A stretch of DNA of 64,000 nucleotides from Eukaryota sp. GEM-RC1 (GCA_040285855.1 JAUFOQ010000004.1:2294001-2358000); one strand, 5' to 3'. Numbered from the stretch's first letter, positions 10,101-22,600 are shown. The notes: generated from the letters alone by a model not told the origin. Numbers and translations are program-made.

Positions 10101-11210
10101 AAGAATGCTATTCCGGGTTATGCCTAGTTTTGTAAGAACATCACGTCCAAGCAGAAAAGGAAATGAAGGTAGAACAGCAAAGCGAGCTGATACCGAAACA
10201 GGGGTTTCGAGGAATAGTGTTATGTTTCCTTCATAAGTTGGGGCCTCATAAGTAGATTGGTCCGCAGTTCTTATTTTCTTAACTTCGTCAAGTTTCTTCA
10301 ATCCGCAACGTTCGGCGTCTTCGGTCGACATGCAGGATACTTTAGCTCCTGTGTCTAGCAGAGCATCTAATGTGGTTCCTTCGATGCGGCACTTGATTCT
10401 TACATTCAAATCTTCTGGTTGGGGCTCGTCCACGACGTAGATATCTTCATATTTATTCAAGATCAGTGGTTCTTCGGGTTCTTCTACAACGTTAACTTCG
10501 TTCTTTACTTGACGTTTTTGAGGGCATTTTGCGGCAATGTGACCTGGTTGGTGGCAGTAAAAGCATGCATTTTTCATTCGGTCTTGTTCCTTTCTCTCTT
10601 CTTTGGAGTTGGGTCCACCGGATCTTCGGGGTCGATCAGTGTCTCTGAAAGGTTTTCGTGGGAATCTGTCAACTCGTGTGTTCCGTTGAAAAGCATCATT
10701 TCTGTATTGTTCCGATTTCAGATATTCGGTTGTTGCGAATCTGATTAACTCGTTCAGTTCAATTGTCTTCGCCTTGACAGTTTCTGCAAGCATCTGTCGT
10801 AACCATGAAGGGCGCATTCCGTAGCAAAACTTCTGTTTAAAGTAGTCTTCGTTGAGCTCTAGCTTATCGCAACGATTCTTAAGCGTCATAAATTTGGATA
10901 CATATTCAGCGATTCGGTCATTTGCATGTTTCTTTTCAAAATTCATTCTTAGGTTTTGGAACAGAAAACTAGCTTCTCTCACACTTTCAATCTGTGTGGC
11001 AAGTTTCAAGTAATTCAGCAACTCGGAGTCAGATTCTTCAGCATCGGGGTGGTAGGCAATAATCACAGACAATAGGTTGCCTTCGATGAGTGTTCGCAAG
11101 GAGGGTAATTCATCAGCGGATACCCTTTTTAACAATTCATACCGTGTTACAAAGTGAAGTATGGCATCTTCACTTAGGGATTCAAGGACAGGGACATCAA
11201 ATGGTTTCAT
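7183..11210 (-). CDS. Single-ORF Gag-Pol polyprotein with C-terminal chromodomain (one frameshift at the T run 7708-7711)
   Basis: CCHC knuckle CFYCHQPGHIAAKC; protease ALLDTGA; RT FDLPRAYHQ, PFGL, YIDD; RNase H ADASDKAIGG; integrase H..H..CDVC, LHLD, IHSDNGREF, NGLVE; chromodomain EYVVAKILDH...YEFLVEF...WEP in ORF 7183..7695, joined by adding one T. Confidence 0.93.
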
Positions 11211-11233
11211 GGAAAAGTGCTAAGACAGTGCAC

Positions 11234-11324
11234 TGTTAGCCTTTGTCAAGGAAGCAAGAAAAGATTTATAACAAGAATACACAATACTATTGACTACATG
11301 CCACGTCACTCTACGGTGTCAACA
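11234..11324 (-). repeat. 5' LTR (91 bp)
   Basis: Identical to 7092-7182; TGTT...AACA termini; contains TGACGTGGCA and TATAAA on the minus strand. Confidence 0.95.
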
Positions 11325-11594
11325 GTCATTTCTTTTCTGCTTGTATAGCAATCAGTTCTCATAACCCAACAAGCGATTGCTACATTCATAAACTCAGCAC
11401 GTTACATCTTCTTACATAATCTTACATATTGTTACAATTACTATTAGATTTTGATCACCCGTGCTGGTTGATTCGTAATGTCATTAGAATCTTTACAACT
11501 CATTTTATGATCTCGAAAGCTCTTTCAACCCTTAGTATTTTAACTAACAGTTGTTTTCACGATATTGTGTTTTAGTATGTAATTCTAACTTTGC

Positions 11595-11696
11595 TCGGTA
11601 CCCAAAAAGGTAACCTTCCTACAAAACTGTGACATTGTAATCCCTGATAGTGTACGTGATTCTTGTTATTCCATGTTTAAATCACATGGGCTTGAC
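11595..11696. mobile_element. Two short RLE non-LTR fragments (inverted 3' UTR piece, then VRDSCYSMFKSHG-coding piece)
   Basis: CGGTACCCAAAAAGGTAACCTTCCTACAAAAC is the reverse complement of the 3' UTR at ~16050-16083; GATTCTTGTTATTCCATGTTTAAA is shared with ~5643-5666. Confidence 0.6.
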
Positions 11697-11810
11697 TAGA
11701 GATCGGAAAATACTCTACTTGAGTAGAGTATTTGAGTAGAGTATATCAAGAACTACTCGAGTAGAACTCATACTCACTTTTCTGAAGTGTGAGTATATAC
11801 TCTACTTAAC
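11697..11810 (+). mobile_element. Probable DNA-transposon (hAT-like) end with subterminal TACTC/GAGTA repeats
   Basis: Starts TAGAGATCGGAAAA, followed by clustered direct and inverted TACTC(TAC)/(GTA)GAGTA motifs. No matching other end was found. Confidence 0.4.
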
Positions 11811-11967
11811 TGAACTTATATGATTAGTCGAAACTATCATGTGAATCGATAGTAGTCTTATACTGAAGTGATAAACAAAAGCGTTTCACTTAACGTCTAG
11901 GTGTTGTTAATAGGTGTTGTTCATTTTTGTTCATTATATTCGAGCTGATCGGTCAATCTGAGTGTGT

Positions 11968-12110
11968 TCAAGCAATTTTAAGACGCATATTGATCATCCA
12001 AGCTTCATCAGATAGATGTAATCCACACACCTTAGGAATTTGAGATATAAATCCAGAAGGTCCACAATTACAAAGGTCCATTAAGAAAGCAGCGAACTCG
12101 GGACAATAGA
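11968..12110 (-). mobile_element. RLE non-LTR fragment (region preceding the CCHC finger)
   Basis: PEFAAFLMDL...SGFISQIPKVCGLHLSDEAWMINMRL resembles the conserved P..GL.L.D..F...RLR segment of CRE-like elements and is homologous to DPVFAAFLLAL at ~27720. Confidence 0.55.
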
Positions 12111-13166
12111 TTATAGCCAAAAAAGTAATGTTGAAGTTAATAATTATTATCATTCGTAGAGTGTATTTACGAATATAACACCGATCGTCATCATGTGAGC
12201 TCAAATCATCATTTTTTCGATTTTTTCCACTTATGTTAAGCAAGTGTTTTTCTTGATGTTCAACACATGGAACATGGATTTGGTCTCGGATTTTATTGAA
12301 TTATGTGTTGCTGAAAATATATAATTCTGGCCACGAATAGAACACGATAAGATCTAGAATCCATGTGATACATGACAATCAGTCAAGTGTGATTCATTTC
12401 ACCTGTGTATTGATAGTACTAAATCTGTGGATTGTATAGAACAGTTCATTTAAAAAAGTTGTTGCATTTTGAATTTTCAGGACAAATTTAGCCTCACTGG
12501 AACGTTTTTCAAATAGATTAGGACAAAATGTAATAATACACGGTCATGAAAATAATACCAATAATACAAATACAAATACGCTTTTCCAGAAAAAAAATTC
12601 AATACATAAAACAAGCAAATACTGTTTTTTGTTTTTTGCAACTATGGTAATTAACCAAAACAAAATTACTTTAATTTACCTAACATTAGCCTGCGCAAAA
12701 CCGTTACCAGCAAATCCCATGTGGGCTTGTATTAGGGAAAGGCTAGTATTAGAACAGGGCTCGTATTTTTTCATATCAACTACTACTGGTAAACTATTGT
12801 TTCTTATGATTACGCAAACCACTGCGAGCATACAATTTCAGTGACATAGAGAACGGTAAATATTAAGATGTTTCTTTGTCTCACTGGTTTTAGTTCTACA
12901 CAGTTATCAGTAACACTTCTGGCATATTTCATTCTGTGTAAGCAGTATGGAAAGAATTTTTATGAAAGTTACTGGAGAGGAAGGTTGTCGTTTTCGCTTT
13001 TCAAAGTATTGTATTTTGATTCGAATTTGAACAGTCTCTTTGCATTGAGACACGAATTTGAGATGATGTAGAGATATTTGTATCTCATTTGTTAATATTG
13101 ATGATAGTTTGTATTTGTAAGAGTAAATAAAAGGTGTTTCGTATTTCTCACATTAATTTTCTCCAA

Positions 13167-14808
13167 ATGTCTTCTGATTGGATTACTGTTTCTGCACCTC
13201 CTCGCAAGCCCAAATCTAAGCCCACTGCTACCAAAGTTAAATCTGCTGAGCAAACTGACGCTCCCAAACGTAGAATTAATACGTCTCAATCATCTAATGT
13301 TTCCCATGACGACGGCAAACCTATTACTGAGTTACACATCCCTCAGTCTCCTGTACATACCAAAAAGAAGAGCAAATCCAAATCCAAACCTTCTTCCTCC
13401 TCTTCTCCTGCTATTTGTCTCAGAGACCTAGTCCCCGAGCTGAACTCCTCTCTTTTGTCCTCGAAACTACTGGAATTAGACGAAAAGTTTCCAGGAGACT
13501 CTCTAGAAGTGTTAACCAACAAGGGAAAGCTCCTCCTAGACATCATCATCAAGTTCTTCTCCCCTGCTGTTATCACGTCATCTCTCCCCTCCGTCCCTTC
13601 TCCCTCTGAGTTCTCCCACACCTTCTCCCTACCCTCATCTGACCTCCCTCCTTCCCTTCTACTCCCTGTGCTCTCCGCCTTCAATAGCTTACCTCTTGAA
13701 GCCGTCTCTGCACTTCTAGACCTTGTCTACCCAACTCTTCTCTCCTTCTCCACTTTCTCTTCCATCCCCATTGGTCTTCTTCTTTCCACTCAGTGCCTCC
13801 TATCACGTCATACCGAAGCAGCTGCCTCTTTAATCACCAATCACATTCATTCTTCTGATGCCTCTCACTTCATAACTCAATGGTTATCCACTCAAATCCT
13901 TCTCCTACCACCTTCCGTGGCTGTTGATTGCTATGTAAACGTGATGATCCCTTTTATGCTGAACGATCCTTCTACGCCTCACCTTGCTACTATTGCTAAA
14001 CTCGGAGCCCTGGTGTTTGCCTTGGAATTAGAAGAACATGTTGTAATTCCAAGAACTGTATTCCAAATGCTTTCTTCCGTGATGTACAAAGAATCTGACG
14101 ATCAAATCAAATCATTAGTCGTTGATTGGTATCAACAATTTGAATTGATTGCGTTGTTATCGTCATTGGAAAACGCAACCTCCAATGCTCCAATTCTTTT
14201 GAGCTTAATCATTCACCCAAATGAGAAGGGGGGAAGTTGTTGTTCGAAATAGAATCTCTCAATTATTGATTTTGACATGCTATCATCATCCTGAGATTTT
14301 AGATTTATTAGCTGAGAACTATGTAGCAAAATTGTTAGAAGTTAATGTTATTGTTTCTGATTTTACTACTGGTTTTTACTATCGAAAGCCACAGATGTTT
14401 TCCTATTATGCTCCTGAATCTGATACCAATCAAAAATCGAATGAGTCGAATGATTTAGACCTGTTGCTGTGTCAATTCAATTTCTCAGGTGTTACACAAC
14501 ATTCTTTCAAGTTGTTTTCATCTGAATGGAAAGAGTTTAAAAAAGTCTTTCAAATGTTTTTGAAAGTTTTATACAAAAAATGCCAAAATATTGATCTTTC
14601 TGATCTCTCAGAAGAAGTTGTTGAAGTCATTTCAAATAACAAGAAGTTTTTGAATAATTGCTTGACTCTTACTAAGGCAAGTTTGTCAAAAACTTTGTTG
14701 AAGGTTCTACCTGTTGCTTCCGTAACTACATTTGCTATTCTTTTTTTCTTTTACAAGGATGCTCTAAAAATTGTTTTTCCTAGTCTTTTTGAAATGAATA
14801 TTAAATAA
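13167..14808 (+). CDS. TMEM214 (DUF2359)-like membrane protein; frameshift at G6 run ~14228-14233
   Basis: N-terminal WITVS..RKPK, LDEKFP motif, helical body, single C-terminal TM (VLPVASVTTFAILFFFY). Deleting one G joins ORFs 13134..14252 and 14221..14808 (EKGEVVVRNRISQ). Family call is by motif resemblance. Confidence 0.55.
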
Positions 14809-15869
14809 ATTGTTTTCAGCTCATTTTAAAAATTACACAGTTTTCTACAATTCTTTTGAGCTGTCGGTTTTCTCAGATTTTAGATGAAAATAGTTAAGTT
14901 CAGATCATCTCCACAAAAAAGTGTAATGAACGACTATGGAGATCAGTTTGTCCAAATGTTTTGAATCCGTTGAAGTTCAAGCAGAGTTTGAGCTGTTAGT
15001 ATTGGAACAGTACCCTTAATAAATTTACTCGTCCAGAGACGAGGCTGTATAATGTCGATGCTATAAACAGGGAGACTAAAGTGATTTTGACATGTCCAAG
15101 GAAGAAGTGATGGTTAGTTAGGATTACTGCATCTCTATATATTCAATCACACTTCTGGAAAGAGGCGTGTGATCGCCAACAGTGATTATAACGGAACAGT
15201 TTTGTTGTAGTGCTGTGCACAAATTACTGACATGAATCGTTTCAAATCATAAATGATTGAGTCGTGATGCTGATTATCTCAGGATTAGGAATATTGAACT
15301 GACAGATGTCTACATCGGATGTGATATCATACAGAGAATTTGACGTGTGATTGGTGTTCTCAAATACATGTAAAAAAAACCGAGAAGGGAAAGAGTACCT
15401 AATATACTGTGTTAGAAAACCATCAGTACAGTTTCCCTCAAAAAGAGAAGCGGTAGTATACATGGCATTACTGATGGTCGAAGAAGAATTAACAGATGAC
15501 ATCATTGGTACGTAACTACTACATGTATTTATACAGTAAAAATTCTTCTGTTGTCTTTTTTGATCCATTTGCAGTTGGCGTTCCTGTTGGTACTATTTGT
15601 GCTTAGTAGTTAGCAACAGCGGAAAAACTTATGCTTTGAGAATCATATTTTTGTTTGGGTAAAACCAATTTTAACAATATATAGTTGACCATATCATAAT
15701 GATCCATTGAACCTTTGTCATCGCATCACAGAATCTTGGTTTCTTTGGTTCTGAAGATGAATTGGTGCATGAAAGTGCATTGTGTCACTATTTTGGCCAC
15801 TTATTTGCTGCCATTGTAGTTTATTGTGGTATTAACATATAGAATGGCATTCAAGTCATCAGTATTAAG

Positions 15870-16096
15870 GAAAAACCGTATAGTGTTTTCCATATATCGG
15901 AATATGCCTTTCTATTTCTCTCGATTAATTGAGAAATTGTACAAGTTTGATGTGAAGATTAGTGTTGACAAACGTAATCTTTTACCGGGTGGTGATGAAG
16001 TCGTTTGGATTTAATCTTAGTGCTATTTGTTTGTTTTTGCAATATCATAGTTTTGTTAGGAAGGTTACCTTATTGGGTACCGAATAAAGCTTGTTG
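15870..16096 (+). mobile_element. 3' end of RLE non-LTR element (same family as 6236-6460)
   Basis: KNRIVFSIYRNMPFYFSRLIEKLYKF...GGDEVVWI* is nearly identical to the peptide at 6238-6380, followed by a similar 3' UTR with AATAAAG. Confidence 0.8.
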
Positions 16097-16163
16097 AAAA
16101 GTTATCTACTATACTGTTCTGTAGTAAGCTTTTTCAATAAAGCACGTAAACACGTACACACGC

Positions 16164-16221
16164 CGTGTCTTTTTGCGTGTCTTTTTGCGTGTCTTTTTGC
16201 GTGTCTTTTTGCGTGTTTTTG
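16164..16221 (+). repeat. Tandem 12-bp repeat (CGTGTCTTTTTG x4 + partial), probably subterminal repeats of a DNA transposon end
   Basis: Four exact copies within an ACACG/CGTGT-rich tract (~16143-16250); a similar ACACG/CGTGT cluster lies at ~28905-28980. Confidence 0.7.
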
Positions 16222-16602
16222 AAAAGACACCGTGTTCGTGTCTAAACGTACCATCAGGCTTGTAAAAAACGTTGCTCAAATATAATTCGTTTTTTATCGT
16301 TTTTTACGTGTTTTTCGAAATCCATAAAAAACGTTCAAAAGGGACAGGTCAACTTTTTCAACCTTTCACTTTTTTCTCACTTCATTTTCATCAACCAAAT
16401 CTTTAATAGTTCGATCATTACAGCTATGTTCTTTTGACATTGGAAGGATAACACCATGGAGATGAAGTACAGTGTTCATCTATCGATGATCACGTGGTCA
16501 GGACGGGAAGAAAACAAGGTGTATGTAACAAAAACACTGTTCGAGTGTACGTGAAGGTCGTTTCACTCAGATACAGAACCAAAGAGTATTGTTTATGAAA
16601 GA

Positions 16603-19600
16603 ATGTCTCTCCAATCACCTTCTGGATTCGAAGGGAATGGAACTCTAAGCTTGGAGAATTCTGATTTGTATTTGACATCAATGACTGCTTCTCTTAGTAC
16701 CGTTTCATTGAGAAATTCGGTTTTAAAATCTGTTAATATTTCTTTTGAAAATATCAGGGATTTCAATTTGGTATCGTCTAGTGCAAAATTGAGTGAATTT
16801 ACTACTATTTCATCAAATGATTTTGTTTTAGTTTTAGAAAGTAGTGATCTTTACTTGGAGGAAGAAGTTGTGGTCGCTTCGTCTTCTATCAGTCTGATTG
16901 CAATCAGTAGTCAGATCGCTTGTTGGACAGAATTCTTCCTTCTTAGTACCATTGATTTGAAATATTCTTCTATATACTCAAATTTAATTAATGGAGTTAC
17001 TTTTGACTCATTTGATTGTTTTCATTGTCAGTTCTTGACTAATCAAAAAGTCAATATATCAGATCATTTCAAAATCAATTCTGCCAATATATCTGCTAGT
17101 ATTGAGCTTCTAGAATCAGTTTCTGATGCGATATTCAGTGGAAATGTTAAAATTTCGAATAATTTAAAATTGTTTTCTCCAACAAAATTAATTGATCTAC
17201 AACTCTCCGCTCTTCAATCAGAACTACCAATTCAACCATATTTCCAATGTTTTTCCAATGTATTGATTCAAAATTCTGTTTCCATATTGAATGTTGACGT
17301 TGACTTTAAACACAATATCCTTCTTCTCAATGTTTCACTTCAATTGGATCAAGATTTAGTTATTAAACACAAAGTATCTGGATCTGGATTAATTGAATCA
17401 AGTGTTTTAAATTATGGATCAATAGTTCCAGATAAGAGTCTTGAATTTTCTAAAAAATTGTCGCTGTGTAGTTCATCAAATTTAAAATATGTACTATCAT
17501 CATCCTTCGATCACCAAATTTCTATAGTTGATGACGTGTATCTTTTTGGAATATTACTAATCGAAGTTGGTCTTATGTATGATATAATTGGTAGAGATCT
17601 TGAGTTAATTAGTGCTGGTCAATTAATTGGAAATTTTAGTGAAATCCATTGTGATTGTAATTCAATATTATCTATTTCTTATACTTCTTCTTCTGTTATT
17701 GCTTCTGTTAATGATTACAATGTCAACTTGAACCAGGTTTCTTACATTTCTACTACTGGAATTGATGATCCTTGTTGTGGGACTTTCGGCAGTCCCTGTG
17801 CTTCTTTTAAAGGAGTTTTAGAAAGAATGGGAAGAAAAGGGAAGGTTTATTTCCATGAAGGAAGTTACTCTTTTAATCAAGGATTGGGGAAGATAAGTGA
17901 TGTTGACTGGGAGGTGATTGGTCTTGGTGACGTGATGATTGAAGGAAGGGATGAGACTTTATTTGAGATTGATGATTCAGTTTTTGTTCTCTCAAATGTT
18001 TCGGTAAATACTTCAACTTGTAGAACTTTTCATATTTCAAATTCCTCTGTTTCTGTCAATAACTCTACTTTTCAATCATTGAATATGTTTTCTGATGGAG
18101 TTGTTTTTGATTCCAGTTTTACTGTATGTTCATCCAGTTTTACTTCTTTTTCTTTTGAAATTGTAATGTCTGAATTTGAATTTTCTAATTCTACGTTTAC
18201 TGGAGAACTTGCGATCTTTCTTTTTCTATATCATCATCATCTTTAGTAACAATGTTTACTTCAACTTTTGACAATCTAATTGTAAATTCTTTGATTGATT
18301 CAGATTCTTCAAGTTTGATCATTTCACATTCGGTTTTCAGTGACATTATTTCTAATTCCATTTTTAATCTCAACAATTCTGAATTGATAATTAATAATTG
18401 TGACATTTTCAACACTTTTGGAGATTTCTTCATTGATGGGTTTGAAAGCTCTTTGATGGTGTATTTCCTGGATTTTTATTTTTCAAATTTTACACAATGG
18501 TTCAGTATTTTTGCTGGTTCTTTTGATGGTCAACACATTGAATTCTTTAAAATTACTCATAATGTCTTCTATTTTAATAATTGTTCAGAAGTTTTACTAC
18601 AGAATGTATCAGTGGAAGGGTCAAACTTAGATTCCTTAATTAATTTCGAAAGTACTAATATTTCAATTTTAGACTTTTCCATTCAAGATTCTATTGGAGT
18701 TTCTCTAATTACTGGATTTAATTCTGTTATTAATCTTGAATCTCTTCTTGTTTCAAACACTTCGTTCAATTCCTTTGTTTCTATATCATTTTCCCACTTA
18801 ATTGCTGCTTTGATTCAATCTCACTTATCAATCTTTACTGATAAGCTAATGTCTATCTATAATTCTACAATTATTTTCCAAGAATTTCTAGTTGCTAACG
18901 TTTCTTCAATTACTTTCTTAACATCTTTTGATTCTACAGCTCTATTCGAAAACACAATCATTAAACATTTTGATTTTCAACTCTTCTTGAATCTCCGTCA
19001 ATCAAAGGTGACCTTCCATAATTAATCGAAAACTGATTGCATGACATCATTGCTTGATTCTTCAATTGATGACGTCATCATGATTAAATCACAATTGATG
19101 CTTTACAACTCCAATATTTCTGCTTGTATTTCTAATGATATATTTAAGAATAGTTTTTATCTGGAGAATTCTCGACTTTTTCTAGTTGATCTGGATAATT
19201 ATCTTTTTCTGTCGTCACTTACTTTACTCAAGTCAAATTGTTCTTTTTATTCAAATTTTCCAATAATTTCAAAATCTATAACAATTGATGAAGACTCTTT
19301 AATCACTGGCTCTGATTCTGTTGTTGATCTTTCTGAATTATCTTCAAATATTTCAATTTCTCCATCAAAACACTGTTGTAACACGTCTTTCTGTCAGGTT
19401 TCGGTACAATTCGATGATATTTTTGTATTGGAGAATCTAATGTCGATCTCTGTCAATCAAAGTCAAAGTTTCAACTACCTCTATCATTTAGAATCTCTAA
19501 GTCTAGTTCTTGAACATTCTAAATCCTTTAATTATTCTGCTCCTTCAATTCTTTTAAATTTTATTATCGATCAAATCCTGTTTTCATACCAATTATTCAT

Positions 19601-22600
19601 CCCTATTTGTCCTATTGAGTTTGTTAGTCTAGAACCTCCAACTAGAGGTGGATTAGTACCACTTTTGCTTTTAATCTTGGGTTGGATCCTATTGTTATTC
19701 ATTATTCAGCAGCTTCAATCAATCAAAGTCTTGAGTATTCTTCAAGTAATCATCAAATTTTAAATATTTTCTTTTTGAGGGTCTCGGATGTCATGAAATG
19801 ATTATATCAAGATCAACTGATTTTGAAATTTCATTCTTTAAATATTGTTTTAAACGACCTTTTATTCAATCTGTAACTCCAAATCCTTTCCCTTTAACAG
19901 GATCACTGATTTTAACAGGATCAGATTTTTCCACCAATTTTGAGTTCCTTTCTATTGTTTCAGAATTTCCTCAAGCAGATGTTTCGAATTACACACACGA
20001 TGAAATAATTTTGGCTATTCCCTATATTTGTAATATCACTTCTACCCCATTTGAAATTTTGTTAATAATTGGAAATCAAACTAGTAATCTGTATCAACTT
20101 AATTTTGGTACACCAATAGTCAGTTATCAACCTGTTCCTCTTTCCCCTTCTGGTGAAACTATTCTTCTTGAGGGTCCTTATTTTGCAAAAATATTTAATT
20201 GCTCACATTATTCAGCAATGGAATTTTCTCTTGATAGTGCTTCTGATTTTAAAATTACCAATAACAACGAAATATCTATAACTACAGGGGAGTTATATGG
20301 ATTAACAGAGTTTTCAATTATTGTGCAACTATTTAGTGATCTTTATCTTTTTATATATATCCCCATATCATCGTTTGTTGCTAACAACACTGCCTTTGTT
20401 TGCTTTGTAGGTATTCCTTGTGAAATTGAAGTATACAGTTATCTGCCAGACTTTACGTTTGTTGACACTTTCCTTCCACCAGTTGATCCTAAAATCATTC
20501 ATATTTTAAATTTTCAATCCACTATCTACTCTGCTGCTATTTCAATTGTGCCTTTTGTTTCTGGAGTTCCAAATGATTTGCAAATATGTGGTAGTTTTGG
20601 TTGTTTTTCCATTTTTAATTTGCCTTTTGTTGTTAAACCCTCTGCTATTACTCCAAAGTATTTCCAATGGTTAAATGAGTCTATAACTACTGAAATTGTT
20701 GTTGAAGTTGAGGGAATTTCATTTTATAACTATTCCGTTATTCAAAACAGTTTCCATTTTGACAATTGCCAATCATTGCTATTGGATTTTGATGAATCTT
20801 TTCTTGTTTTTGAAAATCAAATAATTGAATTGGGAAATTGTACTTTAATTGGGTCTTCCTTTTAGATACTATTTCGTTTGGTCTATCAGTTGAAATCAAG
20901 AATTATTTAATTTTTCCTCCAAAAGTCAGTTTTAATTCCCGAATTGAATTTATTTTAACTGAAATGATTTCTGATCTCTTCATAACTCATGGAAATCAAA
21001 CGATTCCAGTCAATCATGGGCCCAATATTTTAAATTTGATAGATTCTTCTACTTTTATCACTCTTCACAGATTCTCTCAGTCAATGAACGTTAGCTTTGT
21101 TACTTCTTTGTTTGATTCAGAAATTCCTGAAGTAATTGAGGTTAATTACCCTCAATCAATTTTGATTGAACTTAATCAGTTTCATTATGATTTTGATATC
21201 AGTTGTTCTAGTGATTGTGATTTGTCCCTAGATTATACTCAGAATTCAACTCTAGGGGTTTCTTTTAGTAGAATTGAGCTAGGAATGATTAATCTTGAGG
21301 TATTCGCTTATTATTACAATTCAAATTTCAACTTTCAAATCCCAATATTAGTCGAAAATCCTCCAAAATTTGAACTTGTTAGTCCAAATGTTGTTACATC
21401 GTCTGTTACATCTTTCATTGTCATTCAGAGTTACTCACATTTTGAATTAAATTCTACATTTTTCATTGATAATTCTATTATTGAACCGTTTAATGTTGAG
21501 CTCATCTCCAGTTCTGATTCCTTCTTTGTTTACAGATTTGAACTAAATCTTACTTCTTTGCCAGTTTTTGTAGGTGAATATATTCAAAATCTGTTTTGGT
21601 CTCAAGTAGGTTTTAAAAAACATTTCATTAGCGAAATTAAATTCTTCAATTTGGAATTCAGTAGTAACGATCACGTTAGTGTTTTTGAACATCGTGATAT
21701 TTCTGTTGACTTCCAAGGAAATCTTACTTCAAATTTGACTTGTTCTATTGAAGATCAAGACTTCTTCGGTCAAGTAGTTGATAATTACTTGGTTTGTAAG
21801 AATGTCAGAATCCCTACTTTTCAACAACATGTGTGTGTTGACGTTTACTATGACCAATTTCTCTTGAATTCTTTTGAGATTTCTGGGGAAGCCTTTTTGG
21901 AGGAGATTTGTTTTGTTTCACTTGTCCATCATCCTTTGATAAATTCCTCAGAAATTATTTCAAATGTCGATACAAATTTAATATTTGATGGATCAAGGTG
22001 CTGTAGTGTTGATGTATCTCATTGTGCAGAATTAATCTCGAAAAATGAAACAGTTTTGTTCCTTTTTCAATCATAGTTCGATATTCATCACGTCACAATT
22101 ACGACAAATTCCAGCTGTGAAGGTATTGACTCTGACCTTCCTTTTAAACTGACAGTCAACAATCAAAATCTTTCCTCTTTCGTTTCTTGTAAACAAATTC
22201 CTAGTGGATATTCCTTTGCATCAATGTGTGAAATAGATCTTGTATTACCAAAAACTTCTGAGATTACTCTAATTGCTCTAGAAGATCTGTATTTACTAGA
22301 AATAGAGTTTTATGGTTACAAATCTAATACTTGTTTTAAACCTTTCTCTTTTGGAAAGGTGTTACTTCATTAGGTGAAGTAATTGATGAAGATGTTCATT
22401 TGAGATATAATTCTCAATCATTTTATTCAATTTCAGAATTCAAAGAAGCCGTGGTTGACAAGTCAACTTTCTGGTCGTCGTCATTTCTAACTTTTCCCAC
22501 TGAGTTGTATTCTCATCAATGTTATTATTTTACTGTTAGTTATCCAACCGTTTTTGCTGCTTCATCAGCATCATTTGTAATTTTTCCATCTGAAGTAGTC

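Larger units (their letters stand above)
7092..11324 (-). mobile_element. Full-length Ty3/Gypsy LTR retrotransposon (chromovirus), 4233 bp
   Basis: Two identical 91-bp TG...CA LTRs, 4-bp TSD GTCA (7088-7091 and 11325-11328), gag-PR-RT-RH-IN-chromodomain order, and a purine tract GAAAGAAGAAAGGGTAG abutting the 3' LTR. Confidence 0.96.

Noticed and set aside
14221..14252. AAA-TAG at the ORF break, resembling Euplotes-type +1 programmed frameshifting
   Set aside because: A G6 homopolymer just upstream explains the shift. Other breaks in the window go in both directions and mostly sit in homopolymers, with no common motif.
14900..15600. Minus-strand coding-like fragments including ORF 15242..15568
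   Set aside because: Broken frames without recognisable domains; insufficient evidence for a product.
16164..16221. CRISPR-like or telomeric array
   Set aside because: 12-bp contiguous tandem repeats without spacers, only ~4.8 copies, in a eukaryotic TE-rich context.
18195..18246. Possible intron ending at CTTTAG to repair the frame break
   Set aside because: The nearest GT (52 nt) and GC (36 nt) donors give the wrong phase, and the TCTYAYTCYAG motif is absent.
22074..22076. In-frame TAG aligned to CAG (Gln) in the paralogue, suggesting a UAR=Gln genetic code
   Set aside because: Conserved genes end properly at TAG (UTP3, gag-pol) and TAA (Tctex-1, SGF11), and the other in-frame stop (19023) aligns with Leu. 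These are nonsense mutations in a pseudogene.
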